DNA of 41,179 bases from a virus (Duplodnaviria; Caudoviricetes): positions 1 to 41,179 of IMG/VR virus record IMGVR_UViG_3300042347_000838; one strand, written 5' to 3'. The notes below the pieces were generated by a model. It had not been told where the DNA came from. It worked only from the letters and a program-made list of their open reading frames with translations, and searched no databases. Every line of letters begins with the position of its first letter. Positions within the stretch are counted from its first letter, which is position 1. The translations under genes and the position numbers were made by a program. Positions 36,433 to 41,179 of this stretch are shown piece after piece.

Positions 36433-36506
36433 CTTATTCTTTCTTTAGGTATTTATTTACACTAGTACCCCTTTATACCCTGGTTAAATACAGGAGGGGC
36501 GCCCTT

Positions 36507-36524
36507 TATCATTAATTTAACGGG
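36507..36524 (-). promoter_or_regulatory. putative class-2 phage promoter CCCGTTAAATTAATGATA
   Basis: Exact copy of 19965-19982. Confidence 0.65.
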
Positions 36525-36540
36525 TTCGAGCTATGTGAAA

Positions 36541-36954
36541 TTAGGATATTTCTAAGAGGAAAGGCTGCTTACCCATTACCATCTCAAAGTGCGTCATTGC
36601 GGGTCGTGAGACAAGTATAGCCTTTTGTCTGTCGATATATCCAAGCCTTTCACCTAGTGAAATGCAACCGAGCAGTTGAACCCTGTAACCAAGAGCTGCA
36701 TCGCCCACTAGATTTGCGGAATGCATTCTTATACCACCTCGTCCAGGTACCTTTAAGATTTCGTACATGTATCTTTTAAAGCGTGGTGATCGTGTCCATT
36801 TAACCGTGTAGATACCACTAGGAATACAAGAGATATTACTCTGATTATTACGATCAGGGAGCTCTCCTGTAAACCTAGTGTGACCTTTATAGTAGATTCT
36901 ACCGAACACTCCTTGATCCGACTTATCGAATCGTATTAGGTGCACGGTTTCCAT
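36541..36954 (-). CDS. DUF5675-family putative endolysin
   Basis: TGELP..NN..NISCIPSGIY, VPGRGGIRMHSAN, LLGCISLG. Confidence 0.75.
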   Translation of the reverse strand: METVHLIRFDKSDQGVFGRIYYKGHTRFTGELPDRNNQSNISCIPSGIYTVKWTRSPRFKRYMYEILKVPGRGGIRMHSANLVGDAALGYRVQLLGCISLGERLGYIDRQKAILVSRPAMTHFEMVMGKQPFLLEIS

Positions 36955-36957
36955 CGA

Positions 36958-37107
36958 TTACTCCTTCGGAGGTTCCTTCGGTGTAAGCTCTTCTACCTTT
37001 TTACTGAGCGTAGCAACTTCGCCCGCCAGGTTCATATTACGTTGTATGAGCGATTGAATCAGGTTGTTTAACTCAGCAATCGCGGCATTTATACGAATTT
37101 CGTCCAT
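36958..37107 (-). CDS. 49-aa coiled-coil protein
   Basis: Manual translation MDEIRINAAIAELNNLIQSLIQR...; AAGGA RBS. Confidence 0.5.
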   Translation of the reverse strand: MDEIRINAAIAELNNLIQSLIQRNMNLAGEVATLSKKVEELTPKEPPKE

Positions 37108-37117
37108 TATTATTTCC

Positions 37118-37438
37118 TTATTCCGTTATAGGTGGATTATCACGTACGTTGGCCAGTGCCATATACTTGCTGAACAGCATTGTATATAACTCAAGCTCAG
37201 TAAATGTTTCTCCGGTTGGTAAAAGCGTTGTTGTATCTATTACAGGTATTGCATTTGCTGGTGAAAATGCGCCATACAGGCTGCCAACAGCTTGTATGAT
37301 CTTTTCCCCTCCGATCTCAATTACCTTCTCTTCTTGAAAGGAGTAGGAGGGTGTTCCGCCGCTTGGATTAAAAATTGAGATCATATTACAACGAACCCAG
37401 CTTTGTCCTGCAACATCACTTGCTTTGTAATCAGGCAT
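37118..37438 (-). CDS. tail-fibre-associated hypothetical protein
   Basis: Directly downstream of tail fibre; AGGAG RBS. Confidence 0.6.
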   Translation of the reverse strand: MPDYKASDVAGQSWVRCNMISIFNPSGGTPSYSFQEEKVIEIGGEKIIQAVGSLYGAFSPANAIPVIDTTTLLPTGETFTELELYTMLFSKYMALANVRDNPPITE

Positions 37439-37495
37439 TTCAAGTCTCCTTATGTTTTCTAGACGTTGCCTTTCATAAGCGCACGTCCCGTACGA

Positions 37496-40400
37496 TTACA
37501 ACGTTACAGCTTTAATTACTGCAAAGTGAAATATCGGCTCTTCGACTGTAGTTCCACCAGTTGTCCGATAGGCTATTTTAAACGAGCCAGCGGCTACATC
37601 TTTTACGTGCATTTCATATAAATCTAAAGTATCTTTGTAATTTACGATGATGACGTCGTTAGCCTCAACCATCGAGTTTGATACAGTAAACTGCTGCCAA
37701 GCTGTCGTCCCTGCTGCGGTTACTAGCACAATAGAACCACACACTTTATTAAGCGTAACGGATGTTGTCCTGCTAGTGCCTTGAGCTACCGCACCTCCAC
37801 TGCCTGCAAAGTAGCCTGCACCTTTGGCACCAACGCCCCATATAGCTGTCCCTGCGTTATTTACAAATGCTACGTTTGCCACAGTGCCAGCGAAACCTTT
37901 ATAGTATGTTCCCCAATTAGCGTCTCTACTCCAATCACCAGCATTAAAGGTACCAGCATTAACCGACAGCATTGTCATATTACGGGCAAACTGAAATTCG
38001 CCTGCATGGTAGCTCGCTGCTGTACCGATGGAGTAAATATTCCACCTACCAGCACCACTAGAAATAGTAGAATACAAACCGTAGACACCGCCTCCTAATA
38101 TAGGCGTTCCCGTAGTAGTAACGTAGTCACCTATAGCTACTCCGATGACATTAGTAATTAAACCTACACCGTCATTAGTCATTCCTACCTGCAAGCCGGT
38201 AGCATTACCAATTACCTTGCCGGTAGTAAATGCAGCTGTAGCTCCTACGCTTACAGAAAGGCCTTGCAGCAGGCTCACATCATACGCGCCTGTGACTGAG
38301 TTTATGATGCCAACCGCCTGTGTGTTCGTACTGGCATTGCGGTTGGAAGTGTAGTTCATAACAAAGCGAGCTGTGGCTTTAAGAGTGCTTGTAGCATGTC
38401 CTGCATTGGCGTGATAGTACCCACCCCATTCAGTGGCGACAGCGGATTGAGTACAAGTGCTATAGTAATTTTTAACAACCGGATCGGCGGCAACACCTGA
38501 GTTTACAGAGCCAGCAGCATCTATATTAGGTGTAATCGCGAGGTTTCCAGCATTAGTACTGATAGTCGGATTTCCACTAACACTGCCTGAAAACTTTATG
38601 TAATTAAGAGCGCCTGAGACAGGTACTATCTGAACTTGCGTCGCACTATACGCCCCAAGATTTATAACTCCTGTAGAAGAGGGCTCGTTATTGGTTATAT
38701 AGAACGCGCCAGATCTGTACTTCACTAGATCGACTGCGACGGTTGCAGAGTTGGCAGCATTATTAGTGATAAAGCGCAGATTTGTCCCTGTATTCACCCC
38801 TGTATCAACATTGTAGATATCGAAATAGCGCAGTGTGTTAACTGCAGGAGTGTTTCCAAATTGAAAATTGCCATCATCAACCAGGATAGACCTAACGCCG
38901 CCTATATTGGAAGTGCGTAACGTACCGGCATAATTATCCATCCCGATGTCAGGATATGTGGAAGCCCCGCCAAAGGACATCTCACCGCCTTCAGCTACAC
39001 CGTTCATAGCTTCAAGGCGAAGCACCCCTGCAGTGCCTTTCGCACCAACAGTTACACCTCCAGAAGAGTTAAGAACCAAGCGCGACGAGACATTGTTTGT
39101 CCCTAGAGACAAACTAGTAGCATTAGTGGTATAAAACATCATACCACCACTAGCGGAACTATAGAGGGAAGCAAGTCCTCCATTCGCAGTACTGCCAATC
39201 TGTGTGATAAATGAGCCAGCATTGGTACTTACAACGTGCTGTACGTAAGACCCTGCACCTGTATCGCTGTTATTCCAAGTAAATGCCTTACCTCCCACAG
39301 TGGCGGTCGTATTAGCGTTGGTGATATTTCCGTTAGACTCTATCCGCAATCTTTCAGTCGGGGCTAAGTTACTACCCGCAGCTACGCTGAAGATCATTGT
39401 ACCGGCATGATACTGTCCATCTACTCTCGCACCATGTTGAACCTGGATGTGGCCAGACGCAAAATAATTAAGGTTGCTCCCTGTCCTTGCAGCAAAAGCC
39501 AGAGAGCTGAGGTTATTAGTAGTAGTAGCTGAGTTTACAATAGCTACCCCACCGGTTCCATTCGCCACTGTCGTTGCTGTACTACTACCGACAAACACAT
39601 GGCGCTGACTTGCAACTTGGTCGTAAGTATTTGCTATAGCGCCTGCCGTTCCTACACCAAAGTATCCTCCAGCGTCTAGACGGAGACGCTCAGTGGCCTG
39701 TGTTCCAATTACAACAGGACCTGTATTAGTTGTTATAACCAACGCATTACTGTTAACTGCAATTAACTCCGCAGCTAGCGCCTTTGGTACAGTCGGGCAG
39801 TAGTCTAAATAGCCACTTTCTGTACTACCGTGATAGTACATGTTCAAGGATTGCCATGTAGATGAGGTGTCATGACACGTTACACTACCTACTGATATAG
39901 CGGATGTGGCAGCTGTATGTAAACCGTAACATGTTATTGAAGTGTTTACCTGCAACTGCGAACCATTAGGCCTTGTCGCAAATCCAGCGACATAGATTCG
40001 CCCATCAGAGGCTATTCTAAGTCGCTCAGCTGGAGTCGTAGCACCGGTCCAGAAGCTAATATTCGTAGGCACACTACCTGCAGATACAGTCCCATCTACT
40101 TGCCCTAGAATATAGGCTGAAGTGTCCCAAGCAGCTCCATCATAGCCTGAGAATAAAAGTGTACCTAGATAATCTCCATTAACTACCGCAGTGGTTCCTG
40201 TTCGCGCTCTTCGAAGCATGTAGTAAGGACCGCTGCCCGGCGTGTTACCAATATGAACAGCTCTTATCTGTGGACAGTAAACTGTTACAGAATGCATCTC
40301 AAATGTAGTGCTATTAACAGTAATTCCACCTGTATTTATGGAGAGAGCAGCTACACCATTTACAGCCAAATTGACGTCAGTGACACCGCTAAGGTAAGTG

Positions 40401-41179
40401 CTCACGCCATTATATGCTAGTGAATAGTTGTTTGCAGTGGGCGTAATATTAGTATTGTAAATTGCCCCAAAGCCACCTATTGTGTAATCTCGGATGTTTG
40501 TTCCAGTTAGACCCGAGCCGACTTTAAACTCACCACCACCAGTGATACGTACTCGCTCGGTAGCTGTTAAGCTGTCACCTGTCGTAGTAGTGACGGATCC
40601 AAAACTAAACCCACCAGTGCCATCGTCTGTAAGTACGCTACCGGCTCTACCGTATGTTCTATACGAATTTGTAACTGTACCTGGGCCGCAAGCAAACGCT
40701 AAATAGGAGATACCACTAGAATGCGCTCCTAGAGTAGAGCCGTAACCTGCAGTATTTTGATGTCCAAACTCAAAGCTAGCACCGACCTTACGTGCAGACA
40801 TCGCCGCAGAGTACTGATTATTAGCTGCGTAGTCAGTAGTTGTAAGGCCAGTAGTCGTCATCCGCATTCTCTCTGTGTTATCTATCTTGAACAGAATAAG
40901 AGAGTTTGCACCTGAATTAGTAGGGTCAGCCTCGATTGAGATTGATTTGCTTGTATTACTGGCATTCTCAATTCCGCCAGAGTACGCAGTTGAGCCAACC
41001 GCACCTACACGAAAATAAGACGTAGCGAATGCAGTGCCGCTGACTTGTAAGAGACCCACAGAGGCAGTCGGCACTACACCTATACCTAGATTGCCGCTAC
41101 TAAGCCGCATACGCTCAGTTCCGCTGTCGAACCAAGCCACAGTGGTACCATACCTAAGCTCCATTGGAATGTTAGCGCT
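37496..41179 (-). CDS. long tail fibre protein (5' end outside window)
   Basis: Over 1200 aa, Gly/Thr/Ser/Asn-rich with recurring TER(L/M)R(I/L)..G.N.G repeats; frame open to window edge. Confidence 0.85.
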   Translation of the reverse strand, partial: SANIPMELRYGTTVAWFDSGTERMRLSSGNLGIGVVPTASVGLLQVSGTAFATSYFRVGAVGSTAYSGGIENASNTSKSISIEADPTNSGANSLILFKIDNTERMRMTTTGLTTTDYAANNQYSAAMSARKVGASFEFGHQNTAGYGSTLGAHSSGISYLAFACGPGTVTNSYRTYGRAGSVLTDDGTGGFSFGSVTTTTGDSLTATERVRITGGGEFKVGSGLTGTNIRDYTIGGFGAIYNTNITPTANNYSLAYNGVSTYLSGVTDVNLAVNGVAALSINTGGITVNSTTFEMHSVTVYCPQIRAVHIGNTPGSGPYYMLRRARTGTTAVVNGDYLGTLLFSGYDGAAWDTSAYILGQVDGTVSAGSVPTNISFWTGATTPAERLRIASDGRIYVAGFATRPNGSQLQVNTSITCYGLHTAATSAISVGSVTCHDTSSTWQSLNMYYHGSTESGYLDYCPTVPKALAAELIAVNSNALVITTNTGPVVIGTQATERLRLDAGGYFGVGTAGAIANTYDQVASQRHVFVGSSTATTVANGTGGVAIVNSATTTNNLSSLAFAARTGSNLNYFASGHIQVQHGARVDGQYHAGTMIFSVAAGSNLAPTERLRIESNGNITNANTTATVGGKAFTWNNSDTGAGSYVQHVVSTNAGSFITQIGSTANGGLASLYSSASGGMMFYTTNATSLSLGTNNVSSRLVLNSSGGVTVGAKGTAGVLRLEAMNGVAEGGEMSFGGASTYPDIGMDNYAGTLRTSNIGGVRSILVDDGNFQFGNTPAVNTLRYFDIYNVDTGVNTGTNLRFITNNAANSATVAVDLVKYRSGAFYITNNEPSSTGVINLGAYSATQVQIVPVSGALNYIKFSGSVSGNPTISTNAGNLAITPNIDAAGSVNSGVAADPVVKNYYSTCTQSAVATEWGGYYHANAGHATSTLKATARFVMNYTSNRNASTNTQAVGIINSVTGAYDVSLLQGLSVSVGATAAFTTGKVIGNATGLQVGMTNDGVGLITNVIGVAIGDYVTTTGTPILGGGVYGLYSTISSGAGRWNIYSIGTAASYHAGEFQFARNMTMLSVNAGTFNAGDWSRDANWGTYYKGFAGTVANVAFVNNAGTAIWGVGAKGAGYFAGSGGAVAQGTSRTTSVTLNKVCGSIVLVTAAGTTAWQQFTVSNSMVEANDVIIVNYKDTLDLYEMHVKDVAAGSFKIAYRTTGGTTVEEPIFHFAVIKAVTL

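Noticed and set aside
221-40706. Plus-strand ORFs in the track
   Set aside because: Nearly all are antisense shadows of well-supported minus-strand genes and have no recognisable motifs

Overview
A 41-kb segment of a lytic tailed dsDNA phage; essentially all credible genes are on the minus strand. In transcription order (right to left) it holds: (1) the end of the virion/lysis block (partial tail fibre, DUF5675 lysin-like gene, 3-TM holin-like gene); (2) an early/accessory region (~26.6-35.8 kb) divided into cassettes by five copies of a bipartite phage promoter, containing three long structured non-coding stretches (one a tRNA-like RNA with a 93-nt insert where the anticodon loop should be) and a cluster of signal-peptide membrane proteins; (3) a 22-nt A/T homopolymer; (4) a T7-like single-subunit RNA polymerase followed without gaps by a MazG-like gene, a small ORF, a 751-aa reverse-transcriptase-like protein (FVDD) and a coupled partner ORF; (5) a replication/nucleotide block (SSB, DUF5664, PolA, three tRNAs, LAGLIDADG nuclease, 5'-3' exonuclease, a Prs-like + DUF1937 + NAMPT-like NAD+ module, GIY-YIG nuclease, primase-helicase, class II RNR, DUF932, partial ATP-dependent ligase). 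The most unusual items are the Abi/UG-type RT embedded in the core transcription operon and the structured ncRNAs of the early region. All family calls come from motif recognition by eye; no searches were run.
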